Shown: piece after piece, positions 37,339 through 46,473 of the stretch
How the letters are laid out: every line of letters starts with the position of its first letter
Position numbering within the stretch: the first letter of the stretch is position 1
Assembly (NCBI GenBank): GCA_018401375.1
Contig: JAGYKR010000005.1
Location: forward strand, 59,254-123,253
Length of the DNA: 64,000 bases
Direction: 5' to 3'
From: Ilumatobacteraceae bacterium
Lineage (GTDB): Bacteria; Actinomycetota; Acidimicrobiia; Acidimicrobiales; Ilumatobacteraceae
Notes under the pieces: model-generated
What the model was told of the DNA's origin: nothing
What the model saw: only the letters and a program-made list of their open reading frames with translations
Database searches by the model: none
Translations under genes and position numbers: made by a program

Positions 37339-37362
37339 GCAGACAAGGGGACGTGACCCGCA

Positions 37363-37980
37363 ATGAGTTTTGGTTCCTCCCATTACACCCCGGCGATGCA
37401 GAGCCTGATTGACGAGTTCGGCAAACTGCCGGGCATCGGCCCAAAGTCGGCCCAACGGATCGCCTTTCACCTTTTGAAACTTCCCGCAGAGGATGTGGGC
37501 AGACTCGCTCAGTCGATCACCCACGCCAAGGCCACGGTCCGGTTCTGCGAGCGTTGTTTCAATATCGCCGCTGATGTGCTGTGCCCGATCTGCGCCGATG
37601 ACCGTCGCGACTCCACAATGATCTGCGTGGTGGAAGAGTCCCGAGACATCGTGGCCATCGAACGCACCGGAGAGTTTAAGGGTCGCTATCACGTGCTACT
37701 CGGAGCGATGAACCCCCTCGAAGGAATCGGTCCTGAGCAACTCAAAATCCGTGAGTTGGTGGCCCGCCTCGGACCCGAAGCGGTCGAGGAGGTGATCTTG
37801 TGCACCAACCCCAACACCGAAGGGGAGGTGACGGCGATGTATCTGGCGCGGATGCTTAGTCCGCTCGGACTTCGCGTGACCCGGATCGCTTCGGGACTTC
37901 CGGTTGGTGGAGACCTTGAGTACGCCGACGAGTTAACTCTCGGCCGAGCGCTCGAGGGCCGCCGAACGCTCGAGACCTGA
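37363..37980 (+). CDS. recR: recombination protein RecR
   Basis: 205 aa. [24 protein letters not shown] is the HhH motif, the C4 zinc finger is [16 protein letters not shown], followed by a Toprim domain. Confidence 0.95.
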   Translation: MSFGSSHYTPAMQSLIDEFGKLPGIGPKSAQRIAFHLLKLPAEDVGRLAQSITHAKATVRFCERCFNIAADVLCPICADDRRDSTMICVVEESRDIVAIERTGEFKGRYHVLLGAMNPLEGIGPEQLKIRELVARLGPEAVEEVILCTNPNTEGEVTAMYLARMLSPLGLRVTRIASGLPVGGDLEYADELTLGRALEGRRTLET

Positions 37981-37995
37981 TCAGCCCCCGAGCAA

Positions 37996-39177
37996 TCAGA
38001 GCGTGCGGACGATCAGGGCGTCGCCCTGTCCACCGCCACCACACAGAGCAGCAGCACCCATTCCTCCACCGCGGCGACGCAATTCGTGGAGCAGGGTTAA
38101 GGCCAAGCGGTTACCGCTCATGCCGATCGGATGGCCAAGCGCAATCGCTCCACCATTCACGTTGACTACGTCATCGGAGATCCCGAGGTCTGCCATCGAG
38201 GCCAGCCCCACTGCGGCGAAAGCTTCGTTGATCTCGAACAGATCAATTTCGTTGAGGCTTCGACCGGCTCGCTCAAGGGCCCGCATGATGGCCCGGCTGG
38301 GCTGCTGCAGCAGCGAGGCGGAATCGGGGCCCGCCACCATGCCGTAGCCAAGGACCTCACCGAGCGGGGTCACGCCACGGGCCTCAGCGGCCGCCTTGGA
38401 CATCACCACGACCGCCGAGGCGCCGTCGCTGAGCTGTGAGGCGTTACCTGCAGTCACCGTGCCCGAAGGATCGAAAGCCGGCTTCAAACCCGACAAGCTG
38501 TCCGCTGTCGTCCCGGGGCGGACACCCTCATCGGTCTCCACGAGCAATGGATCACCCTTGCGTTGCGGGATTTTCACCGGCACGATCTCATCGACAAAAC
38601 GGCCCTCCTTGATCGCATTGGCGGCCCGCTCATGAGAGGTTGCGGCCAACGTGTCTTGAGCCTCCCGGGAAATGGCGCCCGCTGCGTAACGCTCGGTTCC
38701 TAGACCCATCAAACACGCGTCAAACGCACACCACAGACCGTCTGCGATGATCGCATCCTGCAGTTCGGTGTTCCCGTAGCGGAAACCACTGCGAGCACCA
38801 TTAGCGATGTAGGGCGCATTGGACATGGACTCCATGCCGCCGGCCACCACTATGTCGGCCTCACCTGAAGCGATCATCTGATCGGCGAGATAGATCGTGT
38901 TCAGACCGGACAAACAGACTTTGTTGATGTTGACCGAAGGGACGCTCATCGGAATCCCGGCCTTCACTGCGGCCTGCCGGCTCGGCACTTGGCCCTGCCC
39001 GGCCATCAGCACCTGACCCATCAGCACGTGCTCCACTTCTTCGGGACGGACCCCAGCGCGAGCGAGCGCCTCGGCGATCGCGATTCCTCCGAGGTCCGCG
39101 GCCGAGAGTGACGCGAGCGCCCCACTCATCTTGCCGATCGGGGTCCGGGCGCCTGCAACGATGTATGAACCAGCCAT
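37996..39177 (-). CDS. acetyl-CoA C-acetyltransferase (thiolase II)
   Basis: 393 aa. NKVCLSGL holds the active Cys, with [17 protein letters not shown] and ALCGGGGQG. Confidence 0.9.
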   Translation of the reverse strand: MAGSYIVAGARTPIGKMSGALASLSAADLGGIAIAEALARAGVRPEEVEHVLMGQVLMAGQGQVPSRQAAVKAGIPMSVPSVNINKVCLSGLNTIYLADQMIASGEADIVVAGGMESMSNAPYIANGARSGFRYGNTELQDAIIADGLWCAFDACLMGLGTERYAAGAISREAQDTLAATSHERAANAIKEGRFVDEIVPVKIPQRKGDPLLVETDEGVRPGTTADSLSGLKPAFDPSGTVTAGNASQLSDGASAVVVMSKAAAEARGVTPLGEVLGYGMVAGPDSASLLQQPSRAIMRALERAGRSLNEIDLFEINEAFAAVGLASMADLGISDDVVNVNGGAIALGHPIGMSGNRLALTLLHELRRRGGGMGAAALCGGGGQGDALIVRTL

Positions 39178-39277
39178 GGCCTAACGCTACTCCACCTCAC
39201 CCACTGCGCCGAAGCGACGGTCGGATTGCCCCAGCTTCGAAATACTGTTCAGTAACTTCGGCCAGTATCATCGGCGA

Positions 39278-40618
39278 ATGCAAGAAGTACTTGACGCCCT
39301 AGCGGCGGGTGCCTCCTCTGAGGATTTCGCCGCCATCACCATCCCTGAATCGTTTCGAGCGGCCTTCGTCAAACGTGACGAGGTTGACATGTTTGAGGGT
39401 GTGGCCTCGGCCGATAAGGATCCGGAGAAGAGCCTCCACGTAGACGAGGTCCCGACCCCCGAACTCGCCCCCGACGAGGTGTACCTCGCAGTGATGGCCT
39501 CAAGCATCAACTTCAACACTGTGTGGACCTCGATCTTTGAGCCGCTCCCCACCTTCGGTTTCCTCGATCGACTCGGCCGTGAAAGCGAGTGGGCCCGGCG
39601 CCATGCACTGCCCTATCACGTGATCGGCTCCGATGCGTCGGGTGTGGTGCTCAAGGTTGGCTCGGCGGTGCGCAACTGGAAGCCCGGGGATCAGGTCACC
39701 GTGCATTGCAACTATGTGGACGATCAGGACCCGACCGCGCATAACGACTCGATGCTGGCCGTGAACCAAAAAATCTGGGGCTTTGAGACCAACTTTGGCG
39801 GTCTCGCTGACCTCAGCGTGGTCAAAGCCAATCAGTTGATGCCCAAGCCCGCGCACCTGAGCTGGGAGGAAGCTGCCGTCAACGCGCTGTGCTCGGCCAC
39901 CTCGTATCGGATGCTGGTCTCTGATAACGGCGCCCGCATGAAACAGGGCGACAAGGTTCTCGTATGGGGGGCCACAGGCGGTATCGGCGGTTATGCCGTG
40001 CAGTATGTGCTGAACGGTGGAGGCACTCCGATCGGCGTGGTCTCGTCCCCTGAGCGCGCTGCGATTTTGAATGAGATGGGCTGCGAAGCGGTCATCGACC
40101 GTGCGGCAGAGGGCTACCGCTTCTGGTCCGATGAGCACACCCAAGATGAGTCCGAATGGCGCCGTTTCGGTAAGACGATTCGCGGCCTCGTCGGTGAGGA
40201 TCCCGACATCGTGTTTGAGCACCCAGGACGTTCCACGATGGGCGCCTCCATCTTTGCTGTGCGCCGCGGTGGCACCGTGGTCACCTGCGCCGCCACCTCT
40301 GGCTACATGGTCGAGTTTGATAATCGGCACTTCTGGATGAAGTTGAAGAAGCTGCTCTCCTCGCACTTCGCGAACTACTCCGAGGCGTGGGCCTCCAACA
40401 AACTGCTCAACGAAGGTCGGATCCAGCCGCTGCTCTCCAAAACCTTCACCCTTGAGGAGGTAGGTGTTGCGTCTCGGGCCGTGCACCGCAATGAGGCCGA
40501 AGGCAAAATCGGGGTTCTGTGCCTCGCCCCTGCCAAGGGGATGGGAATCACCGACCCCGAAAAGCGGGAGCGGATCGGCGAAGACAAGATCACTCTTTTC
40601 CAACGTCACACAGGATGA
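39278..40618 (+). CDS. ccr: crotonyl-CoA carboxylase/reductase
   Basis: 446 aa MDR-family protein. The Ccr-type N-terminus is ...ITIPESFRAAFVKRDEVDMFEGV...KSLHVDEVPTPELAPDEV, with VWGATGGIGGYAVQ. Confidence 0.85.
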   Translation: MQEVLDALAAGASSEDFAAITIPESFRAAFVKRDEVDMFEGVASADKDPEKSLHVDEVPTPELAPDEVYLAVMASSINFNTVWTSIFEPLPTFGFLDRLGRESEWARRHALPYHVIGSDASGVVLKVGSAVRNWKPGDQVTVHCNYVDDQDPTAHNDSMLAVNQKIWGFETNFGGLADLSVVKANQLMPKPAHLSWEEAAVNALCSATSYRMLVSDNGARMKQGDKVLVWGATGGIGGYAVQYVLNGGGTPIGVVSSPERAAILNEMGCEAVIDRAAEGYRFWSDEHTQDESEWRRFGKTIRGLVGEDPDIVFEHPGRSTMGASIFAVRRGGTVVTCAATSGYMVEFDNRHFWMKLKKLLSSHFANYSEAWASNKLLNEGRIQPLLSKTFTLEEVGVASRAVHRNEAEGKIGVLCLAPAKGMGITDPEKRERIGEDKITLFQRHTG

Positions 40619-40632
40619 GGCAGAATAGAACC

Positions 40633-41034
40633 ATGTTGTTGACAGAGATCGACCATGTCGCAATCGCCGTCTCGGATCTCGAGGCCGCGATCGATTATTA
40701 CCAGCGGGCCTTCGGCGCAACCGTGGACCATCGTGAGATCGTGGAGAGCGATGGCGTGGAAGAGGCCTTGCTCAAGGTGGCCGAAAGCTACGTGCAGTTG
40801 CTGACTCCTACCCGTCCCGACTCCCCGGTGGCCAAGTCCATTGAGAAGCGCGGTGAGGGTTTGCACCACATCGGTTACCGCGTCGCTAACTGCGCTGAAG
40901 CGCTCGAGTCGATGAAGGCTGCGGGAGCCACCGCTATCGATCAGGCTCCCCGCCCGGGCAGCCGCGGTACCACCGTGGCATTCGTGCATCCCAAGGGCAG
41001 CTTCGGCACCCTCATCGAACTAGTCCAGGAGTAA
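40633..41034 (+). CDS. mce: methylmalonyl-CoA (ethylmalonyl-CoA) epimerase
   Basis: Trimmed to MLLTEIDHVAIAVSDLEAAIDYY. GEGLHHIGYRV and AFVHPKGSFGTLIELVQ indicate a VOC-fold epimerase. Confidence 0.85.
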   Translation: MLLTEIDHVAIAVSDLEAAIDYYQRAFGATVDHREIVESDGVEEALLKVAESYVQLLTPTRPDSPVAKSIEKRGEGLHHIGYRVANCAEALESMKAAGATAIDQAPRPGSRGTTVAFVHPKGSFGTLIELVQE

Positions 41035-41042
41035 CTCCAGCG

Positions 41043-42914
41043 GTGCCTCGCACCCGACCAGCGGCCGTCCTGTGGGATATGGACGGCACGCTGATCGACA
41101 CCGAGCCCTATTGGATGGCCTCGGAACGTGACCTCGTTGCTGACTTTGGTGGCACCTGGTCCGAGGAACATGCGCGGGCAATCGTCGGCTTCGACCTCTT
41201 GGACGCGGCGCGCTACATCGTCGCTCACTCGGAGGTGGATCTCGCTCCGGCAGCGATCGTGGAGAGATTGCTCGACGGGGTGATCAGCCGGCTGGCGCTC
41301 GGGATCCCTTGGAGGCCAGGCGCCCGAGAGCTCCTCGAAGAGCTCAACAAGCTTGAGATTCCCTGTGCTTTGGTGACGATGTCGTGGCGACGATTCGTAG
41401 AACCCGTGCTGGCACAGCTCCCACCTCACACCTTCGCAGCGGTGATCACCGGCGATGAGGTCACCATGGGTAAGCCGCATCCCGAGCCCTACCTGCGAGC
41501 CGCCGAACTGCTCGGTGTACCTGCTGATCGGTGCGTGGCTATCGAGGACTCTCCTACCGGTGTGGCCTCGGCCCTCGCCGCTCAGTGTGCGGTGGTGGGT
41601 GTCCCTAATGTCCGTGAGATTGAAGATCAGCCTGGGGTCTGGATCCGCGATTCGCTGACCCAAGTCAGTGCTCAGGATCTGGCAGGTCTCAGCCGTGACA
41701 GCCTGAGCCGTGGCAGTTTGAATAGAGACAATCTGAATCGCAACGGACTGCGGCGTGACCGGCCTCGGCGCCCGCCGTTGCTCTTCGCCCTAGGAGCCCT
41801 CGCCGTCCTCGCTATTGGGATCGGTCTGGCTCGCGAGCTGAACCAAGGGGCCCCACCCGGGGTCCCGGCGATCGAGCTCGATGTGTGGGCTCCCTATTGG
41901 ACTCTCAACGATTCGGCGCCCGAGCTTCCCGGCCGGATCACACAGATGCGTGAGGTGTCTCCGTTCTGGTTTCGAGCGCTCGGGGTGACATCGATCCAGA
42001 TCGACCCCAATGTGAATCGTCGATTAGCCGAGGAGTTCATGGAGGTAGCCCGCAAATCTCGGGCCTTGCTGATCCCCTCGGTGGTGGATGCGATGCCCGC
42101 CGGACAGATGGCCTCCATCCTCGCTGATCCAGTCACCCGCAGCCGGCACGTGAACGCGCTCGTGGAGTTCACTACTGAAGGCAACTACGACGGCCTTGAC
42201 ATTGACTACGAACAGTTCGCCTTCGCTGATGGCCGCGCCTCTTGGGAGACCACCCGACCCAACTGGGTTGCCTTCATCACCGAACTGGCTGCAGCCCTTC
42301 AAGAACGTGACCTGATCCTCGTGGTCAGCATCCCTCCGGTCTACGACGCCGGTCGCACCGCTGCGAGTGGGTATTGGGTCTATGACCACGGAGCGATCGC
42401 AGAGGTGGTGGACCGGATCCGCCTGATGGTCTATGACTTCTCCACTTCGCGTGCGGGGCCGATCGCACCGTTTGACTTCGTGCAACGTTCGATTGACGGC
42501 ACTTTGTCGGTGGTCAAGGATCCCTCCAAACTGGTGCTCGGGATCCCGGCCTACGGATACAACTGGCCGATCTCCACTACCGGTGTGTGCCCAGGGCCGG
42601 TAGAAGGCCGCACCACGGTGACCACCCGTTCCATCCACGACCTGCTCGCTCGCCGGGGCGGCACACCGGAATATCAACCCTTGACCGGTGAATGGAACCT
42701 GCTCTACGAACTTGAATATCGAGAGGGAGATGTCAGCTGTGTCCAGACCCGTCAAGTCATTTACGTGGACGGAGACGGCCTCGCTGAACGGATCATGATG
42801 GCCCGGGAGGCTGGCCTCGGCGGCGTGGCGCTGTGGGCGCTCGGTTACGAAGATGACATCGTCTGGGATCAGATCCGCAGCGCGCTCTCAACGCTCAGCG
42901 AGGAAGGGCAGTAG
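41043..42914 (+). CDS. fusion protein: HAD-IA phosphatase domain, basic pentapeptide-repeat linker, TM helix, glycoside hydrolase family 18 domain
   Basis: HAD motifs are LWDMDGTLIDTE, VTMS, GKPHPEPY and IEDSPTG. Residues 216-240 form (L[SNR]R[DGN]x) x5. The TM helix is LLFALGALAVLAIGIGLA. The GH18 catalytic motif DGLDIDYE lies at residues 383-390, with MVYDF and LGIPAYGYNW. Confidence 0.7.
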   Translation: MPRTRPAAVLWDMDGTLIDTEPYWMASERDLVADFGGTWSEEHARAIVGFDLLDAARYIVAHSEVDLAPAAIVERLLDGVISRLALGIPWRPGARELLEELNKLEIPCALVTMSWRRFVEPVLAQLPPHTFAAVITGDEVTMGKPHPEPYLRAAELLGVPADRCVAIEDSPTGVASALAAQCAVVGVPNVREIEDQPGVWIRDSLTQVSAQDLAGLSRDSLSRGSLNRDNLNRNGLRRDRPRRPPLLFALGALAVLAIGIGLARELNQGAPPGVPAIELDVWAPYWTLNDSAPELPGRITQMREVSPFWFRALGVTSIQIDPNVNRRLAEEFMEVARKSRALLIPSVVDAMPAGQMASILADPVTRSRHVNALVEFTTEGNYDGLDIDYEQFAFADGRASWETTRPNWVAFITELAAALQERDLILVVSIPPVYDAGRTAASGYWVYDHGAIAEVVDRIRLMVYDFSTSRAGPIAPFDFVQRSIDGTLSVVKDPSKLVLGIPAYGYNWPISTTGVCPGPVEGRTTVTTRSIHDLLARRGGTPEYQPLTGEWNLLYELEYREGDVSCVQTRQVIYVDGDGLAERIMMAREAGLGGVALWALGYEDDIVWDQIRSALSTLSEEGQ

Positions 42915-43643
42915 GAACGGTCGGCAACGATGCGCAAACTCACTCATCTCGCGCAGACCGAGCACCTGCAGCCCGTGGAGTTTTAGTTCTCCAAGCAGTT
43001 GGGTTCGATAGTTCTTGATCGTGTTCACACTCAGCCCCGAATGTTGGGCCACCTCGACGTAGGTCGGTACCTCGATAATTTCGATCAAGGCTGTCCACAG
43101 TTTCGCGTGGCCCCGGTGGGCCACCAGTCGAGCGAAGTTATGCGGGGTTCTCCACGGGTTACGTTCGGCCGGCAGCAGCATCCCAAACACAGGATCCACC
43201 TCTGCGTATCCCCGTTTGAGTACCGAGCTGATCTGAGCGATCTGATAGTTCAGCGCAGCTCCCTTGGATAACACCAGTTTGATCGGCAATAGATCCCATG
43301 CGTCGCGCAAGATTGCCTCCGTCCAGCCGTCTCCCTGGGTCAAGATACCCAAGGTTGTGTGCGGCCAACGGCGATGAATCTCGTAGAGGGCGCTCAGCCC
43401 AGTGTCGTGCTCAGCCGGAAAGGCGAGGTCAACGATCGCAAGATCGAAAGGAGCCAGATTGTGCTCCCCTGACACGTCCACCGGATTGGCTGTGTCCACT
43501 GAATCAGCCGTAACGATGAGTGTTCGAACCTCAGCGATCGATCCCGCCACTGTCACCTCGTGACCGAGTTTGGAGGCGATCGCTTGAGCGAACAATTCAA
43601 TCAAGGAGGTGGCGTCGTCCACAAGAAGAACTCTGGCCATCAT
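42888..43643 (-). CDS. response regulator with LuxR/GerE-like C-terminal HTH (atypical long linker)
   Basis: REC features are LLVDD, IVDLAFP, GILTQ and LSKG. The C-terminal TYVEVAQHSGLSVNTIKNYRTQLLGEL is the HTH. The ATG at 43643 overlaps the kinase TGA. Confidence 0.7.
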   Translation of the reverse strand: MMARVLLVDDATSLIELFAQAIASKLGHEVTVAGSIAEVRTLIVTADSVDTANPVDVSGEHNLAPFDLAIVDLAFPAEHDTGLSALYEIHRRWPHTTLGILTQGDGWTEAILRDAWDLLPIKLVLSKGAALNYQIAQISSVLKRGYAEVDPVFGMLLPAERNPWRTPHNFARLVAHRGHAKLWTALIEIIEVPTYVEVAQHSGLSVNTIKNYRTQLLGELKLHGLQVLGLREMSEFAHRCRPFLLPFLAER

Positions 43644-44953
43644 CTGCTCCACCGCCGCAGGCCGAAGCCCGCTACCGGCACTAACTCCGGCTCTATCACC
43701 TCAAGGATCAACCGATGCGGAACGACCACCTTCATCAAGGACCCACCGGGCACCGGCTCCCGACTCACGCCGGTCCTACCAAGTATCGAGATCAGATCTT
43801 CGAGGCCTCGCCCTGCCGGAACCGTGTGTAAATCAAATCCACCCGCGTCATCGCTCACCCGGATCTCTACCCCCGCTGGCTCCACACGAACATCGAGTCC
43901 GATCTCCTGGGCACCAGCATTCATCGCATTAGAGAACAAAGTGGATAACACCCGATTGATTAACCGCCCTGTGTCGGTGTCCACCATCACATCCACCTGA
44001 TCGAACTGAGGGATCGGGGACACCGTCACTCCGAGGTGTACCGAGCGTCGGATGTGGAGTTGGATCAGCGATGCGATTCGTGTCGGGCCCGACTCGATCA
44101 GATCACCGATCTGTTCCACTCGTAGTCGATGGTCTAGGTCCCGCAACCTGCCCAAGGCCCATTCATCAATCTGCGGACGCGACTCAAGTTCCATGATCAT
44201 GAAACTGACCTCCGACAACAACTGGTCATGTACCCACTGGGCTCGCTGCTGCAGATGTGCGCGACGCACACCAACGAGATAACCCACTGCCTCCTTCGCC
44301 ATCTTGTGGCCGAGGTAACACAAACCGCCGTGTACTGCCGCTGCGGTGACCCCTGCGATCACGACCAGAGCACCACTGCGCACGACCCCAGTAATCGCAA
44401 TCCCTAGAGCCGGGAGAAGCAATATCGCAGACACATAACCCACCCGCAGCGCATGTTCGGTTCTGCGCGCTTTCGGAGGCTTCGGATGGATCCGACCGCC
44501 TCGTCGGATCGTCAACTCAGCACCGATCACCGCACCGAGCGGTACCACCCCAAGCAGGTTCCAAGATGGCAACAGCAGCAACATGGCGGTTGCCACGGTG
44601 AAGATTGCGATGGAACGCAAGGTGGGACTTCCAGCGATCACGTGTGGGTGTTGAGGTGAAACGAGGCGATGTCGAAGACACATCAACTCTGCGATCAACA
44701 GCATCGCCGCCCCGATCGTGGCCGCTAGGGCCCATGGCCACATCGCGTGTTGCCCACCCAGAGCACCAAGAGCACCCAGAGCACCATGATCACCAAGATC
44801 ACCGTGATCACGGGGACCCCCGAAGCCACCGACGTGAACGGTCCACACCATGATCATCGTGAAGAGCACCGCAGTCACCACAGTCAGCGAGCCGAGCACG
44901 CCAAGCAGCCACCGTTCGGCCAGCGCAGGCGCCGTTTTTAGATCATCCTTCAT
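43640..44953 (-). CDS. membrane sensor histidine kinase (HisKA_3/NarX-class)
   Basis: 437 aa with about 6 TM segments. The H-box is WVHDQLLSEVSF, the N-box is FSNAMNAGA, G1 is VSDDAGGF and G2 is GRGLEDL. Confidence 0.7.
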   Translation of the reverse strand: MKDDLKTAPALAERWLLGVLGSLTVVTAVLFTMIMVWTVHVGGFGGPRDHGDLGDHGALGALGALGGQHAMWPWALAATIGAAMLLIAELMCLRHRLVSPQHPHVIAGSPTLRSIAIFTVATAMLLLLPSWNLLGVVPLGAVIGAELTIRRGGRIHPKPPKARRTEHALRVGYVSAILLLPALGIAITGVVRSGALVVIAGVTAAAVHGGLCYLGHKMAKEAVGYLVGVRRAHLQQRAQWVHDQLLSEVSFMIMELESRPQIDEWALGRLRDLDHRLRVEQIGDLIESGPTRIASLIQLHIRRSVHLGVTVSPIPQFDQVDVMVDTDTGRLINRVLSTLFSNAMNAGAQEIGLDVRVEPAGVEIRVSDDAGGFDLHTVPAGRGLEDLISILGRTGVSREPVPGGSLMKVVVPHRLILEVIEPELVPVAGFGLRRWSR

Positions 44954-45024
44954 TCGGATGTATTCCTCCCTGATCTGGATGATTTCAAATTGCCCGATCG
45001 GAATCAGGAAGGTGAGATCCCTCG

Positions 45025-45081
45025 GTACATGACCCTAGGCACACGTACGTAAGTACATGTACGTAAGGACATGTACTTACG
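45025..45081. promoter_or_regulatory. AT-rich array of GTACATGTAC-type palindromic boxes (candidate operator)
   Basis: GTACATGAC at 45025, the perfect 10-bp palindrome GTACATGTAC at 45053-45062, and GACATGTAC at 45068. A perfect 13-bp inverted repeat pairs CGTAAGTACATGT (45048-45060) with ACATGTACTTACG (45069-45081). Confidence 0.5.
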
Positions 45082-45162
45082 CACACATCCAAAGAGCCTT
45101 TGACCAAGACGTGAAGACCCGGAAGTAATGCTGGCTCATCTGATCGTCAGTAACCTGCAGCC

Positions 45163-46473
45163 GTGGCTGATAATGCGTCCAGAGATACCGCCCTCAACAA
45201 AATTGCCGATCGCACCGCACGGGTGGTCGTGGTGGGTCAGGGCTATGTGGGGCTTCCCGTTGCGATGCGAGCCGTTGAGATGGGCTTCACAGTGATCGGT
45301 TACGACGCCTCAATCCAAAGGGTTGCGGCGTTAGCCGCCGGACAGAGCTACGTCGGCGATGTCTCCGATGCCGAACTCGCTGCGGCACTCGCTCAGGGCT
45401 ACCTCCCCACCGCTGACCCGAGCCATCTCGAGGGATTCGATGTGGCTGTGATTTCGGTTCCTACGCCCTTGCGTGAAGGGTTACCTGATCTCAGTTTCAT
45501 TGAGGCCGCCGGTCGCGATCTCGCGCGGCATCTGCGCCCCGGCGGTGTGGTCGTGTTGGAATCCACCACCTATCCGGGCACCACCACAGAACTGCTCGGC
45601 CCGATCCTCGCTGAGGGCTCGGGGCTTCGTCCCGAGGAGTTTTACCTCGGGTATTCCCCCGAGCGCATCGATCCGGGCAACACCACCCACGGGCTCGTCA
45701 ACACCCCGAAGGTGGTGTCTGGATCATCGCCTGACGGACTCAAGGTGGTGGATGCCTTCTTCTCGGCCCTCGTGGATCAGACCGTGCCCGTTGGTTCTTG
45801 CGCCGAAGCCGAACTGGTCAAACTGCTGGAGAACACCTTCCGCCATGTCAACATCGCGCTGGTCAATGAACTTGCGATGTTCGCCCGTGAACTTGATGTA
45901 GATGTGTGGCGGGCCATTGATGCGGCGGCTACCAAACCCTTCGGGTTCATGAAGTTCACTCCGGGCCCCGGTGTGGGTGGACATTGTCTGCCAATCGATC
46001 CGAGTTATCTCGCCTGGAGGGTCAAGCAGCATCTCGGCCATACCTTCCGCTTCGTGGAGTTAGCTAACGATGTCAACGAGCACATGCCCGACTACGTCCA
46101 CGATCGGGTCACCGCCTTACTCAACCGTGACCGCAAGGCAGTGAATGGTTCCAAGGTTTTGCTCCTCGGTCTCGCCTATAAGCGCGGCACCAGCGACTGG
46201 CGCGAGAGCCCCTCAGTACATGTGGCCGAACGGCTCGCCGCGAGCGGAGCCGAGATCCGCGTCTGTGATCCCTACATCCCTGAAGTCAACGCCGGAGCGT
46301 TCCCTCATCCGATCGTGCCGTTCAGCAGTAAGGAACTCAGCGAATGCGATCTTGCGATCGTGCTCGTCGATCACCACGAGTTTGATCCGCAGTTGATCGC
46401 CACGCACGCCCCAATGGTGTTTGACACCAAGAACCTGATGCGCGGGCAAAGTTTCAGCGGCGAGATTCTTTAA
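45163..46473 (+). CDS. nucleotide-sugar dehydrogenase (UDP-glucose/UDP-N-acetyl-hexosamine 6-dehydrogenase family)
   Basis: 436 aa with a GTG start. VVVVGQGYVGLPVA is the NAD-binding motif and GPGVGGHCLPIDP holds the catalytic Cys. Confidence 0.85.
   Translation: MADNASRDTALNKIADRTARVVVVGQGYVGLPVAMRAVEMGFTVIGYDASIQRVAALAAGQSYVGDVSDAELAAALAQGYLPTADPSHLEGFDVAVISVPTPLREGLPDLSFIEAAGRDLARHLRPGGVVVLESTTYPGTTTELLGPILAEGSGLRPEEFYLGYSPERIDPGNTTHGLVNTPKVVSGSSPDGLKVVDAFFSALVDQTVPVGSCAEAELVKLLENTFRHVNIALVNELAMFARELDVDVWRAIDAAATKPFGFMKFTPGPGVGGHCLPIDPSYLAWRVKQHLGHTFRFVELANDVNEHMPDYVHDRVTALLNRDRKAVNGSKVLLLGLAYKRGTSDWRESPSVHVAERLAASGAEIRVCDPYIPEVNAGAFPHPIVPFSSKELSECDLAIVLVDHHEFDPQLIATHAPMVFDTKNLMRGQSFSGEIL

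Noticed and set aside
39500-40720. Very long ORFs antisense to recognisable genes. Examples are 406 aa opposite ccr, 370 aa at 31916-33028 opposite pccB, 268 aa at 12809-13615 opposite mnhA, and 250 aa at 30624-31376 opposite xseA.
   Set aside because: These are typical high-GC shadow ORFs. They are Arg/Pro/Gly/His-rich, lack recognisable motifs, and are fully overlapped by genes with strong family signatures on the other strand.
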